Shown here: positions 1 to 13,147 of the stretch, piece by piece
How the letters are laid out: every line of letters begins with the position of its first letter
Numbering within the stretch: position 1 is the stretch's first letter
NCBI GenBank assembly: GCA_051530055.1
Contig: CM121341.1
Coordinates: forward strand, 12,688,784 to 12,752,783
From: Neoechinorhynchus agilis
Taxonomy: Eukaryota > Animalia > Acanthocephala
Direction of reading: 5' to 3'
DNA length: 64,000 bases
Made by a program: the position numbers and the translations under genes
Notes under the pieces: model-generated
Told to the model about the DNA's origin: nothing
Database searches by the model: none
The model's input: the letters and a program-made list of their open reading frames with translations, nothing else

Positions 1-1070
1 TAACGAGACGATGAAAGTCTCTCCCGAGAAAATTTTAAATACTCAGCTATCGCACGAGTCCTCGCGTCAAACGTCCATGCCTGTATCGTCCGGCGGTTTA
101 AGTATCCGAAAAGCAGCCGATATTTCTCTGTCAGCTTATTTGGAATCGCATGAAGCAAGTGGCACAATGGTCTAGTCTTTTCTTGGCGAGAGTTACACTT
201 TGGATGAAGATTTCGTGGAGGCGCTTAATTTTTGGTGCGGAGATTCAGGTAGCGAGCAGCTACCCGTCAATGGTTGCAATCAATCAGTTTGGGACTCACC
301 TCTGGTAGCGAGATTTCATAACTCTTTAATTTCAGATTCTCGTGACCTGGTGAACCGAACTCGATTGGTGGCAGTCTCTACAAGAGAATTGGGTGCTTGG
401 CACAACGCTGTCATAATCGCTTCTGCGAGTACCCTTCTCTCCGACGAGACAGTAAGGATTGCGGTGCCCCTGAGGCTTGGGGTACCGATTTGTACATCCC
501 ATTGCTGCCATTGCCGTGCGACCGTGTAACCATCGAGACGCCATTGTCTCGTCTGTCGGCAATCAGGCGGGAGGTACTCACGAAATGTCGAAATGAACGA
601 AATTCGTAGCTGTGCCCTGAATACTGTGAATGCGCCGAACATCATAGGGCCGAGCAATCCTTGCAGACTCGATGGCAGTGGACCGGACGGTGTCACATTG
701 TTCCCGTGGCGAAGGGAGGCAAATGCCTTCTCTAGGACGCCATTCACAGCCAGCAACACAAAATTCGCTACTATTAAACCAGGGAAGCAGCTACCGCCGC
801 TGATGAACGCAAAATGACAAAATACAGGGGCCCGAGTCGAAATCATTCTATCGTTCCCCTTGGCGTCGAGACGTTCGGGTCGTTTGGTACCGCGGTGCAG
901 GAACTGTTCAAGGAATTGTCTAAGAGATTGAGACGAATCAATGGCGATCCGAGATCAGGAGCATTCCTTCTACAAAGCATAAGTCTAACTAAGCAACGAG
1001 ATGGAACGCTGCATCCGTCCTTTCGACCATTACACCAGGGCGGCAGCTGAGTGATCCAGAGCGGTGGTGT
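1..1070 (+). mobile_element. CRE-clade non-LTR retrotransposon, 3' part (C-terminal Cys/His region plus restriction-like endonuclease), frameshifted
   Basis: ORF pieces 200-529, 593-817 and 814-1050 give AVPLRLGVPICTSHCCHC, CRLDGSGPDGVTLFPWR, VPLGVETFG and a QRGNAA-like end; same subfamily as 52910-53945. Confidence 0.85.
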
Positions 1071-1962
1071 GAATGATTATATGTTTGTTATAATATTTAT
1101 GTAAGAATGTAAATTATATTGAAAAAATATCGGGATTAAAAAAATTATTCTGTTGGATCGAGCTTATCAATGATAGTAATGAATTTACCGCGACTATATC
1201 TCCGACATCATTCAATGAGGCAAACGTTTAGAGGCTGAGAATATTGAGCTTATTTTGAGGATCATAATAAGGTTTGTGCTTTCCTTGAATTATATACGCA
1301 ATGCGTTTTCAAGACTCGAATATATCTTTCATTTTAGGATCGAAAAGATAGGACTGAATTGTTAATAAGACGCATTGTTTGCATATGAAGATGGATAGTG
1401 GCGCTAATGTAAATGGAAAATGATCGTGTAGAGGAAGCGCCGCTATTACAAAGGCTAATTTAAAAAGAGCAACGAAAAATTGAACTATATTGAATCGTAC
1501 TTTTCGCCCTTTCTCTAATCTTTAATATTTCAATTTTTCGATGATTTCGTTGTATGAAATCAACTAGACTGGAATTCTCGGGATTGTTTGTAAAGCGTTT
1601 ACACTTTTTTGTAACAACTGTGACTACGAGCATTTTATTTTGACGCTCTTTAGTAGAAGTAAAGGTGAGTGCTTTTGGTTGTTTCTTGTGAAAATCGTGA
1701 AAAACGCCAATCGATATCATATTGTCAGTTTTCCATTCAGCTCACCAGTGGAGTCTGATGCTTTAAAAATTAACGAAAAACTCATAGCGCATCAGCATAT
1801 ATTTGAAACTCTTTAGAACTACAAATGATTCTGTAGCAAGGATTTTTGTATTCTTTTATTTAAAAAGGTTTGATCTTACGTCGACGCGGCGCAAAACAAC
1901 TTTGATAACTCGTTCACATCGAGAAATTCTTCTTTTAAGTTAGAACACAACGGAGCAAAATA

Positions 1963-2540
1963 CTAAAACACCAATAATCTATTTCCACAAATAACACAAA
2001 AACGAACATTGTCCAATGGAAGACGCGATGCACCGCACATGTGGCAAAATTTAACTTTATAACTTCGATCCGAATTTCTTTCTGAGCTCTCGAATTTATT
2101 CACACTCCAATTACTTTGGGAACGATAAACCTCTTTGCTTTTTTCAGAATACTCATCATCAGTTTGATCTTCCGTGAGTTTGTCTTCTTCAGGGTTGCTA
2201 AAGTTCGTATCGCAAGGCTGAACTTGCTCCTGAGAAGAGCACGCAAAATCCGACGGACTAACATTTGCTCCGAAATCTTTCAAAGAAATTATTTTAGCGT
2301 TGTTACCTTTATCAACGTTAAAGTTTTTAGTGTCACTATGAATACTTCCATCACTACGATCACCGGATTTACTTACCGTAACATCATGATTCGATTCGAA
2401 AGGTTCTCGATTAACAGCAATGTCCAAAAGACTATCGTCGGATTGGAGCTCAAACATGTGAGCAGAAACTCTTGGTACAATTTTCTTCATCATCACAATG
2501 ATGGTCTATGCCAAAACAAATCACGTAGCCAATTCGGTTG
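1963..2540 (-). CDS. Terminal exon of a protein ending in a double zinc ribbon (KFCHMCG...RFCVICG), resembling the ZC2HC1A C-terminal tail; further exon probably near 3285-3385
   Basis: 177-aa ORF, low-complexity Ser/Asp/Glu body, terminal CxxC-x11-CxxC; upstream N-terminal zinc fingers not found. Confidence 0.5.
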
Positions 2541-2769
2541 AAAGTTTCTATGGTAACGACGCATTCCAGATTAGTCTCGTTTGATTCGTTTACTTTGAGA
2601 GAGGGAAATATATACCGTGTCCATATTTAGAAGATATTTTCTCAATATAAGTTAGATCAAATTTATGCTCGACATCTCGTTAAGGAATTGTCTCAGCGGA
2701 TCTGTTCGAGATACTTCAACTTTTTTCTCTCAAAATTGTACCAACGAGAAAGCGCTACAATGAATAGAA

Positions 2770-2960
2770 AACAGATGGGAAACTTATGGGGCCTTGGGGG
2801 GGTCGGCACTAGCCCTCCTGAAGGACTTGGGGAAACGAATCAACGCGGCGACTGGAGAGTTAAGATCGACGTCGTTCTTGGCGCAAAAAATAAGCATTGC
2901 GGTGCAGCGGAGCAATGCGGCTAGCATTTTGGCCAGCGCCAATGAATGGGAGCGTTGATG
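2770..2960 (+). mobile_element. CRE-clade 3'-terminal fragment (different subfamily)
   Basis: Translates ETYGALGGSALALLKDLGKRINAATGELRSTSFLAQKISIAVQRSNAASILASANEWER*. Confidence 0.85.
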
Positions 2961-3581
2961 AAACTATAAATTATGTATGCTTGCGTAAAAAAACTCTTTC
3001 GTAAAAAAAAAGTTTAGACTTCATCAGTCTAAACTTTAATGAGTTATAAAATATATAGAACGGTCGGTCTCGAAGAGGTCTGTGAAAGCAATCGCCATAA
3101 CGTGTCCTCCTCAACGTTAAAATGTCCACCCCTCCATCTTAAAAATTCTTATTTTTATCTCGAGTTTAAACCCAATGAATATCTAGTATCCTCTTGTTTC
3201 CATATTAATGCTTCATAAATTATAATTCGCGATAAAGGAACTGATGCTTTTCGCCATCGCCCGTGAGAATCTTTGTGCAATTTAATGCACTTTTCAACAT
3301 ACCATTTTCCAAATCGCGTCCGTAACTCCGGTGTCCTGACTCTTGCGAAGAAACGGAATTCACAGGGACTGTCAATGTCTTGAGTGGTCTGCATAACGAG
3401 ATTCCCAATCAAGAACATTTTTTTAGTGGCATCTACTTTGTATAACACAGATTCCAATGAATCATTTCTCAACGTAAACTTTCTTGCACTTGGAAAATTA
3501 ATATCGAGAACTCTGGAGTCAGGAATCTGGAACGAGCACCGGGAGATCCTATTTTATGAGGAGAAGATCCTTCGTTTGGTA

Positions 3582-4350
3582 TGATAATAACACGTTTGTT
3601 ACATAACAAGAATTGAACTCATGTACCTTTGAATACTCACAAACACTCGAGTTCAGGGTTGTTTAAAAAATGCCGTTGTTGATTATTAAGTATATTACTG
3701 TTTTGGTCGGGTGGGAATATCCAGTCGGAAGATGTCTCCGTTCTGGGTATTTCCGTTGCAGTAGAGTTTGTGAGGTTAGTTCTTTCCTCCGGTTCATTTC
3801 GGGTAATGATATCCGAGAAGATTGGGTAGAAACGAATTAAGATTACCAGTGTTGTGCTCGTGTTAAAAAGGGAATAAAATCTGGTAAAAAAATTTGTTTA
3901 GGAAATTAGACCCATGTACCTTTGGGACCTCATAAACATACAGTTATTCCGTTTTTTAGGAAATGCGTTCGGATGGGAATGTCCGGTCTTGCTAGTTTGA
4001 AAAGAGAGCGATATATGGAAGAAATTTTGATGGTAGGGTTGAGAGGCGTTTTTATTGTTTAATGAAAATATCATCAAGGCATTCGGTGAGAGGGAAAAAG
4101 TCAGCTGTGCAAATTTTAGATGCTCTTTTGTGAAGTACCGACATAGAAGGAATTAAGTTGTTTTCACATTTTTTCAAAAAAAGGAATCAGGTTTGATGAT
4201 ATATCTAAAAAGTCGTCTTTACGTGATGGATAAAGAGGAAATGGATTTATTTTGGCAGACTTTTCAGATGCAACCCATTAAATATTTAAAAAGGAATCCC
4301 GACAAAGCCCTTATGCACTCCTGGTTCAAGGTAATCAAAATGTAATAGAG
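3582..4350 (-). mobile_element. CR1/L2-like LINE 3' fragment (family P), partly duplicated internally
   Basis: Reverse complement matches 13760-14245, 17470-17700 and 41490-41690; ends ...cgtgttattat; contains SVLHKRASKIC, similar to the CR1 'QKRAxRII' region. Confidence 0.6.
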
Positions 4351-5826
4351 AAATATAGGGGCCGTAGCAGGCGGATTTGATTTGTTTACAGGAAGCGGGA
4401 TGGGAACCAACGATTCGCCTCCCATTTTTTAAGGAATTTATATTGAATCTTACAACTAGTAACCAGAGCGTAGGAGAAATCTGGTTTTCAAGGAGGCTAC
4501 AAACTTTTATTAGAGCAAACCTTAACCCTAGACTTCTTTTTCAATACAAAGATGAATTTTTGGCAGTGCAATTCATCGCAGTTAGCAATATGCTGCTTAA
4601 TAGAGATGACCGAATGATTCTGGCGAATATCTATATTCCGCCCCGTGAAGTATCTAATTTTCTTAAATACAAGGTTTCAATTCGAACGGGTTAGCTTCGT
4701 TTTCCGCCTGGGAACCCATTTAATATTTTATTCTAGCACCATAACCTTCCTTTCATAACTACTCAAAAAACGCACACTCGTTTTTATACGCTAATCAATT
4801 TTTGAACAGAAATTGGTGGGGTATGACATGACAGTCTACTGAGTAGGAAGGGCGGATCTAGAAGCTCGGGTAATTCTGGATGCAAAGAGAATTCAAGGTC
4901 TGCGATAATTATATCCGATGCTTCTGATGCTCATCTTTTAACTCATTTACCGGAACATCTTCGACGTCCGTCGAAGGGAGCTAACTCCTTATTTCGAATG
5001 GCAGTAATTGCCGAAGTCTAGGGGGACATGAGGCTTTGCAAATTTTGGAAAGAAAAATTTTATAAAAAAATTTATTGGGAAGAAATTGAAAAAGACCAGA
5101 ATAAAAAAATTTTAACTAAAAAAATAAGTCATTTTGAAATATACTTTTAAAGCGAAGATAGTGTGACTGGAAAATTAGGGCATCGAAGTGGATTGGGTCT
5201 ATTTCTTACGAGGAGACTAGCCCAAATTTTAAGGGGTAATCTTTTTGGAGTATCTTCAATGCCAGCATGGAGCCCGCCCTTGAGAAGCAGAATATCAATG
5301 GAAATTGACAAAGAATCTTTGCTTGGTTACTGGGAAAGAAGTGACTCGGGAGCTAATAACACTCTATCTTGTTCTATAAAAAAGTTTTTAACGTTGTAAA
5401 TATTAATAACCGAAATAAACTCTTGGATAAATGGAATAAAAGATAAAGTTTCGAGGATTTAAAGGAGATAAATAGGGTTAAAAAAAGTTATTATACCCAA
5501 AAATAAAAAGATGATCGAATCTTCAGCGGACGTTAGATTGATCGCTATACAAAATCCAATCATCTCCTTAGTTGAAAAGGTAGTGAACTCAAAACTCCTA
5601 AATTTTATCATGCCTAAAAAATTATTCCCGAACAACAATCATGGCTTTATTCCTGGTTGGGGAATATGAACTCTTATGCATGAATTAAATGAATTAAACA
5701 ACATTCTTATAGGTGTGAACAAAATTTTACTACAAGTGAATATAAACAAAGCGTTTGACGCGATCGATCGGAATTTTAGACATTTTAAAAATTTATGAAT
5801 GAACATAGTTTCGTTTTCTTCAAATG

Positions 5827-6010
5827 TTATGTTTGTTCGGCAGCTTCTTTGATGGCCGCGGCATTGCCGCGTTGGATCGCCGCGCTGATTCGCTCCAACA
5901 GGAAGCTGCTGGATCGCATATCGCCGGTGGTATGTTTTAGCATCCCTCCCAGTCGTGAGAGGAAATAATCGGCTTCTTTGCCGAGACATCCCAGTGTTTC
6001 CACCGCAATC
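5827..6010 (-). mobile_element. CRE-clade 3' fragment nested in the L-A RT region
   Basis: PIAVETLGCLG...ERISAAIQRGNAAAIKEA. Confidence 0.85.
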
Positions 6011-6077
6011 GGGATGAAAATTCCTAAAAGAATTAAACAAAACATTATGTGTTGAAAAGATAATTCATTGTTATTTG

Positions 6078-6267
6078 TTGATAGGAAAGATAAATGAAAT
6101 TAAGATTTTATTGGATATTTCGATCCACTATCACGGATCTTCTTCAGCGATTGTTTTCGAAGGAAAGCTTTCTCGAACTTTCCTTCGAAAACAATCGCTG
6201 AAGAAGATCCGTGATAGTGGATCGAAATATCCAATAAAATCTTAATTTCATTTATCTTTCCTATCAA
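6078..6267. repeat. Perfect 90-bp-arm foldback made of two inverted PLE-type pLTR ends
   Basis: 6078-6167 is the reverse complement of 6178-6267; 10-nt loop; 6069-6155 also matches 61030-61115. Confidence 0.95.
6193..6236 (+). ncRNA. Minimal type I hammerhead ribozyme (mirror copy on - strand at 6109-6152)
   Basis: CTGAAGA-A-GATCC(gtgatagt)GGATC-GAAA-TATC; palindromic ATAT stem III; AUC triplet; stem I weak (one internal mismatch). Confidence 0.7.
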
Positions 6268-7797
6268 TAAAAAACATTATGTTTCTTTTAGAATCGAAAT
6301 CTTACTTTTCAGAAGTGTATCCTAATAAAACACCATTTTACTCAAAATATGGAGTGCCACAAGGTTCCCCGCTATCTCCTAACCTTTTTCTGTTTGGGAT
6401 GGTGGGGCTTTTAAAAGAATTAAAAAGAATTCCCCACGTAGAAATGATGGTCTACGCAGACGATATATTTTTATTATATATCATGAAATGGCTGAAGATT
6501 TAGTAAGAATAACAGCAAGTCTCTTAAAAAGACTTGATATCCTTTTAAAAAAAGGGAACCTTACAATTAACAGAGGAAAAGCAGTTATAGTTCCGCTTAC
6601 CAAATCCGACGGATTAAGGGCTTCACTGAAAAACAAATTAATAAACAACAACGAACTGCAGCAATGCTCCTTCAAAGGATGTTCGCGGGTTTTAGGGATA
6701 AACTTCCCTTCCACCAGGAGAAGAGTTACGTATAACTCGAATCTGGCTACATTTTTTAATAGAATTAAAAGTTTGTGCAAAAGAATTTTTAGGTTAGGAT
6801 AGGAGTATTGCTTTCCGGTGCCTGTGCTCAAAACATTTTTGGGAGGAACTTTTTTTTTGTAGAAGTAGGCCCCCGGACTTCAGGATAGACTTCGCAAATT
6901 GATTCATAAAGAAATGGGGAAAATGTGTTTGGAAATGGAATGAAGAAGCAAAAAAAGAATCCCAAATCGTTTTTAATGACGATTTTTTAACAAAAATATG
7001 GAGATGTGATGGGAGAGGAAACAATATAAAATATAGACTGACACTTAACAAAGTGGAAATAGTTGGCGAAAACGAAACTAAGAAGGAAACACTTAGTCAA
7101 AGGGAGACAAATTTCTTTTAGAAAGCATCAATATCCTTAAATCCCTACTGGAAAAAAATGATATTCATCCAGAAAGGTGAACAAATGTTCCAACAGATCG
7201 ACATGATTTATTCATCAAACAGAGAGGGATTGTGTTCAAAAATGTACGTATGGCGGTCATACTTTTGTTATTTAAACTTTGTTTTTTCCTTCCTTGCTCC
7301 TCATGGATTGATCACCTGTTAAGGGGGCGGATGGAATAGACAAAGATTGGATCAAAAAGGAAAAGAGTGGGATTCGGAAGGATAATACACAGAGAGTGTT
7401 TCTTGGATTGGTATGGCATGCTTGAAAAAATAAAAAATAAAAACGTATCTAAATCGATTAGTATATTCGCATTTCGTCACATTTGAACAAAAGACGGAAC
7501 GTCAATGTTTTCGCAACTTGTTGTTGCTGCGGAGTGTTGTATACGGTCGCAAACTGTTAAGCGGATAAAAATATCATTTTAATTAAAACAACAAATAAAA
7601 GCTCAGAAATCATACATGAAAATCTCATCAGGAAAATAGTCCTTTGCCATTTCCATGAACTAAAACCCAATATAACCAAGGCAAACTTTCAATGACGAAT
7701 ATCTGGCTCTGATTTTTATAACTCGTATATTGTTATAGCAAGATTTATTCGCGATGTAACCATGATGTTCGACTGATTTAGTGTTTTAATCATGAAA

Positions 7798-7885
7798 TCA
7801 TTCACATCACCGCCCTGGATCACTCAGCTGCCGTCCTGGTGTAAAGGTCGAAAGGACGGATGCAGCGTTCCCTCGTTGCACAGCC
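7798..7885 (-). mobile_element. CRE 3'-tip fragment
   Basis: Reverse complement is near-identical to about 985-1075. Confidence 0.85.
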
Positions 7886-8000
7886 ATTCGAGTAAGTGAG
7901 ATTCGATGATATTTTCTAAGTTACGTATCACAAATACCCAGATCGCATTTTTCGATACTGTTCCTCACTTCGTGAATCTCGAATATGATCATTTTCCTAG

Positions 8001-8118
8001 AAAAGAACTTCTAGAGTTGAGAATGTTTGAACCCGATGATTCCGGATCTTATTATTGCACACTGGGGAGTACCACAAAAATAGAATTTGATCACTCTAAA
8101 AGTTTACACATTTTTTGA
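8001..8118 (+). CDS. Possible exon encoding the C-terminal half of an immunoglobulin-like domain
   Basis: LLELRMFEPDDSGSYYCTL fits the Ig L-x-I/L...D-x-G-x-Y-x-C motif; preceded by ttttcctag acceptor; N-terminal C...W half not found. Confidence 0.4.
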
Positions 8119-9609
8119 GTAACCTTATCAAGTGCATGAGTCAATGTAAACATTTTATTCCGAAATCACCTCTCTAACACCATTCGGGTTTTTGTGGAGA
8201 TATTTTAAAATTTTAATCAAAGAAGAATTTAAAGGGCCCAAATTATTTGCTATTTACCAAAGAAATAAACAACATAGTCAATAATTTTCATCCGAGGGAA
8301 CGCAAATATTACAAACTTGACGCTACCTTAAAAATCGATAATTTTTAGTAATTTTCAATCAAAGGGTTCTTACAGACCAAAAAGCAAACTTTCTTAGTAA
8401 AGTGACTATTATTCTTTAAGCGGTGGCTTTTTAATTAATCTTTAATGCTGTCCCGAAATTAGATTCAGTTGATTGCATACTTTAACATTTGTCGCTTCTG
8501 CTTAGCAAACGAATGAAAACCTTAAGACATTATTAATCGATATCGAATAAAACAATTACGCGTAATACTTGCCCACAATCGCATGTGAATTACTCAAGGT
8601 CGCAAAGTTATGATTAGAATTTGCTAGCGGTTAGAAAATGCCCGTTTGCTGCCAATATCTTTAATAAAGTTTTAGTTTGCCAGCGCGATGTGTAGAGCAA
8701 ACTGGGTGCGATAATCATAAAATTAATTTTCGCATTTGTAAGCCATCATTCTCACGAACCCTAAAATTCTCGCATATCGACATCCGTATTTATTTACAAC
8801 TAAAATCTCTAACTCAATGGATTCTCAGTCATGAAGTTCCGTTCCCCCGTCCACTTTCCAATGTGTTTTAAGTCCGTATTGAGCTGTTGAAACATTCTCA
8901 ATAAGACGGGCGATTATGACAAGCCGATTAAATACATAATGTAATTTAACATGGCTTCACTTTTAATATTGTTATTGTTCATCGTCATTGATGACGGATT
9001 AAGCTCAATTTGTTTCTTCACAGTATTCGATATTTTGTTTGTCGTCGTTTACCGCTATTGATATTGATTTTTCTTTTTCTATCACCGGTCGTCATCCTGT
9101 CATCCTACTCATCCTTAACAAGATTTTTGGTTCAATGAAATCTACAAAGTACTCTTAGAGCTAAAAAATATTGTCGATTCTTCACAGAATCAGCGGGCGA
9201 ATTGCTTTCAATCGACTGATTTTTCCCATTGTTCGCTATGATAACCTTTTATCAATTTATTAAAAAACCCTGAGTTTCAAAAGCTTTAAAGGAGCTGCGA
9301 CGAACAGAACTCAAAAAATGAACATTTTTTCGATGTGGGCGTTTCGGTTAAAGTCGAGATGCGAAAAGAGCTATCCATCAGAATATAATGCAAAATCTAA
9401 CTCCGTCAGAAGTATTCTAATATATTCGAAGTTTCAGAGGACTATAATTATATAGCTACGCCCAATTCCGATTGGGTTTTAGTTGAATTCCGAAGATCCA
9501 GTGGAAATGCCGTCCGTTGGGAAGATGGCCTCGAATTGTAGAGGAAATTATAGAACTGATTAACTCTTCGCTGTTACACTCGCGTATCAATAAATCAAAA
9601 TATTTGCGA

Positions 9610-10215
9610 ATAAAAGAAAAAACCAATTGCTAGCAATCTGGTGAATTGGTCGCTATGGCAACTTTTGATCAATTTATTGAAATAAACCTTAGTTTTGAAA
9701 ATTTCAAGGAAGCGACAAATATAACTTCGGATTTCTCAGGATGCCGTATTCGTGGGCATCCCAATCCTTCGTTCGGGTGGGGGGGATTCTTTGAAACGAA
9801 GGATTTCACGGGATGCCGCTGTCGTTGTGCATCCCAATCATCCGTTGAAGGATTCTTCAAAGCGAAGGATTTTTGAGATTTCGTCAAGCAAAAGGCGTGA
9901 AATATTCGGTACAATTCTTCTACCTTGAACTTCATGGACTAAGTTGATCAAGGCTTTTTTAACGGATTGAAGACTTTACTTGCAAAGATTTAATAAATAA
10001 AATGTCTTTTGTAAGTTTTAGACCTCTGATTTTATGATTAGCATTATATCCGTGAAAACAAGTGAATCGACCTAAATATTTCACCGTTATGACATTTTCA
10101 AAAAAATCATAAACATTAATTATTTGGCATATAAAAAAAAGGGTTGTAAAGAAATTATTCAATATAGTCTCAGTTTCAATTAGCGATCTTTTATAAATAA
10201 ATAAATCTCTGTATC
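9610..10215 (+). mobile_element. Non-coding dispersed element, copy A (HHR deleted)
   Basis: Matches reverse complement of about 17870-18450 over about 550 nt; ends aataaatctctgtatcaccaaac like other pLTR ends in the window. Confidence 0.85.
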
Positions 10216-10264
10216 ACCAAACAAGATAAATCCATGAACAACTTCTTTACAAATTGAAAAATTT

Positions 10265-11400
10265 ATGGTGTCAATGTTCTCTCTCTCGTCAATCGTAGTT
10301 CATCCCGCATGCACAGTTCCCACCTTTATGGTCCCTACACTCAAATCACCCCTTACCACAGTGTCCACCCACGAATCTATTACCCCCGAACTACCCCATC
10401 GGTCAACTCCCATCTCTTCTCTCTTTGCACAGCTTCAACCCTCTCCGTCAGTGTCCACTCCTCATGTCCCTTCTAAACATCCCTTTCCAATAATCCTTTA
10501 TTCTAACATCCGCAGCCTCCTCCCCAAACTGGATGAGCTCCATATAGTGGCCTCTTCTTGCAACGCCGACATCCTTGTAATTACCGAAACATGGCTATCA
10601 CCCCATAGCAAATTATCTGCCTTCATACCAAACTTTCAAGCTTTTCACCTCACAAGGGACTTCCGAAACGGGGGAGGCATATCGATCTTCATCCGCGCCT
10701 CTCTCACTTACCATTACCCTTCACCCTACCTTTTCATCTCCGACGATCTTGAATGGCTTCACATCCAACTTCATCTCCCCTCCGCAATGGCCAGCCCTCC
10801 ATCCTCAAACTTCCCCAATACACTTCAACAAATATACCACCTCTTCCTCAGATCACTTCATCATATTGGGCGATTTTAACAAACTGCCGATCCCGCCATC
10901 GCTCTCTCATCTTTCCCAACTCGTTACTTTCCCTACACATTCTCCTCCTGCCTTGGTAAAATTTTCTCAAACATCAGCAATACTCGTGCACTACCAAACT
11001 CCCCCCGATCGCCTCGTCTGACCATTGTTCCATCCTTCTCTCCCCCTCATCACCTCAAAAACGTTCCTTTCCCGACCTCTGCGTTGTCTGGGATAAGCGT
11101 GATCATCATACCCACGCCTTTGCTGTATGTGTCAATTCTCTTATCACGCAAAACCGCTCTACCATCTTTGACACCGACCCCTCGATTGCAATGGGCTCTT
11201 TGCTAAATCTAATAGAATATGCGATGAAGGCCTCCTTTTCTCGCAAAACAATACGAATCTCGAACCGCGACCCTCCATGGTTCTCGCCTTTTCTAAAAAC
11301 ACTTCAAATCCTGGTAACCGCCGTTCAAATAAATTATCATTTTTTGTACTTCGAAATGTATATAATGTGAGACTGAAAACAAATAACAAACGCATCGAAT
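10265..11400 (+). mobile_element. CR1/L2-like LINE fragment with APE endonuclease
   Basis: ILYSNIRSLLPKLDEL, ILVITETWL, RNGGGISIF, ILGDFN motifs; frameshifts downstream. Confidence 0.85.
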
Positions 11401-11719
11401 CAGCGTAAAAGATAACAAAAATTGTCCAAACAAATTTGCATAATGCAAAAAATGGATGTTTTGCAGAACTTTCCGCATTTTATTCGATTATTCGTCAAAC
11501 CAAAATAAATTCAATGATGCATTGAACGATTCAATCTTGGTTTCCACATCAGCATCCACGAGTATTCATTGGTGTTCTCCATTGGATTGGCCGATGTTTT
11601 CGTTATGAGTTTACCGCGCAAATTGTAATGAACAATACCCAAAGTTTTCGAATGCCTTAACCTGATCTTCGAAACTTATGGTTCAAGTGTTCGAGACACA
11701 TTATTAATAAAAACAGTGG

Positions 11720-12330
11720 CATTTATTTATCTAATTTCTGTTACTGCGATGAGGATTGATCAAAAAATAAATCATGTACCGAACCTTTAAAATTCGTCCA
11801 ATAAAATATCTGAAACGGGGACTACGATTGATGAAAACAAGAAAAGCAACGAAATCTAGATAATTCGCCCAATCATATTTCTGCAATTGAGATTGCGATT
11901 GATTCGAAAATAAAAAATCATCCTAGACTATATAATTCGTAAAATCTCATCTCTGTAACTGTGAAATTTATTAATGAAAAATTTAAAATTGGAACCGAAA
12001 ATACACAATTCGTCCAATAAAATATCTTCAACTGAGACAACCATTGATGAAAATGTGAAACAACAACTGAAACTAGATAATTCGTCCTTTCAACTCTCTG
12101 AAAATGAGACAACGATTTGATGAAAGTGTAAAAAATTAACCGAAACTACATAACTCGTCCAATCAAATATCTGCAACTGAGATATCAATTTTATAAGTAA
12201 AACATGAAACTATACTACATAAGTTATCCAATCAAATATCTGCAACTGATATAGCGATCGACTAAAAATAAACCATGAACCGCAACTACATAATTCGTCC
12301 AATATAAACTTTGTAACTGAAAGTACCAAC
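11720..12330 (+). repeat. Degenerate tandem repeat, period about 72 bp, about 8-9 units
   Basis: aattcgtccaat-like anchors at 11791, 11862, 11934, 12007, 12079, 12152, 12221 and 12292. Confidence 0.9.
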
Positions 12331-13147
12331 GGAATTTATTCTAAACGAATTCGATAATGTATATCATCTTTGAATAAACGCAAAAGAACGTGTAAGAAGG
12401 TTTTAGAGTCTCCACAGTTGCCTGAATTGGCTACTGTTAGCTTCAATGTGAACGGAAACAAGAATAGAATCTTTATTTAAATTGCTATCGAATGTTATTA
12501 GGAATAATCTCAGCTGTGTGACGCATGCAGGTAGTTTTCGGTTTGTCAGTGGTATCAAGTCGCGTTTTCATCTTTCATTATATTAAACTGCTTGCTTCAA
12601 CTGCTCATAAATATTGATATTTTCAAAAAGTAATATAATTGGTTTTTACCAGGCTATTTGCATTTTCATGCGACGTCGCTAAGTTTTAATTGCGTTAAAG
12701 TAAATCCTGAGCGTAGTCCCGTCATTACAGCTGAGGGAACCAATGAATCCAACAACCGGCCTCTTGGTGTAGTTACTCAACTGTTTTTATTTATTTACTG
12801 AAGATTTTGGTTATATTAATAATCGAAGAAAATGAGGAAAACGAGCCACTCGACTCCGCAGATGCTCTACAAAAATCATACAAAAAATTTCGACCAATTT
12901 TTAATGTTTCGTTCGCTGATTGGATGCAGCTTTTATCTGTTTTCCATCTCACAGTAGTGTTAAACAATCAAGAAGCCCTTGCTATTGATGACTACTCCTC
13001 AGACGTGCACATTACTTCAATTCGAAATTTATTTTAATCAAAGTAAATCACGATAGCTCAATTTTTTCATGGTGCAAATAAAAAGTGTAAGTAAATTCAA
13101 AATGTAATCCTGTTTGCTTTGTTTTCCAAGTGAACAAGTCGAGGAAA

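Larger units (their letters stand above)
4377..7450 (+). mobile_element. Degenerate APE+RT LINE (family L-A), interrupted by a CRE fragment and an HHR foldback
   Basis: ICLQEAGW...ANIYIPP (APE); NHGFIPG, KAFDAIDR, GVPQGSPLSPNLF, VYADDIF (RT); many stops. Confidence 0.8.

Noticed and set aside
2183-2200. ctgaagaag on the - strand
   Set aside because: Lies in coding sequence (NPEEDK); no stem II or GAAA
2995-3040. - strand CTGATGAAGT...ACGAAA with an 11-bp hairpin
   Set aside because: Stem II is only 2 bp plus poly-T, there is no palindromic stem III and stem I is poor; at best a remnant
12505-12530. ctg tgt gac gca tgc (LCDAC) as a possible TFIIB Zn-ribbon micro-exon
   Set aside because: No first CxxC pair or start codon found, and no demonstrable splice path to 13131
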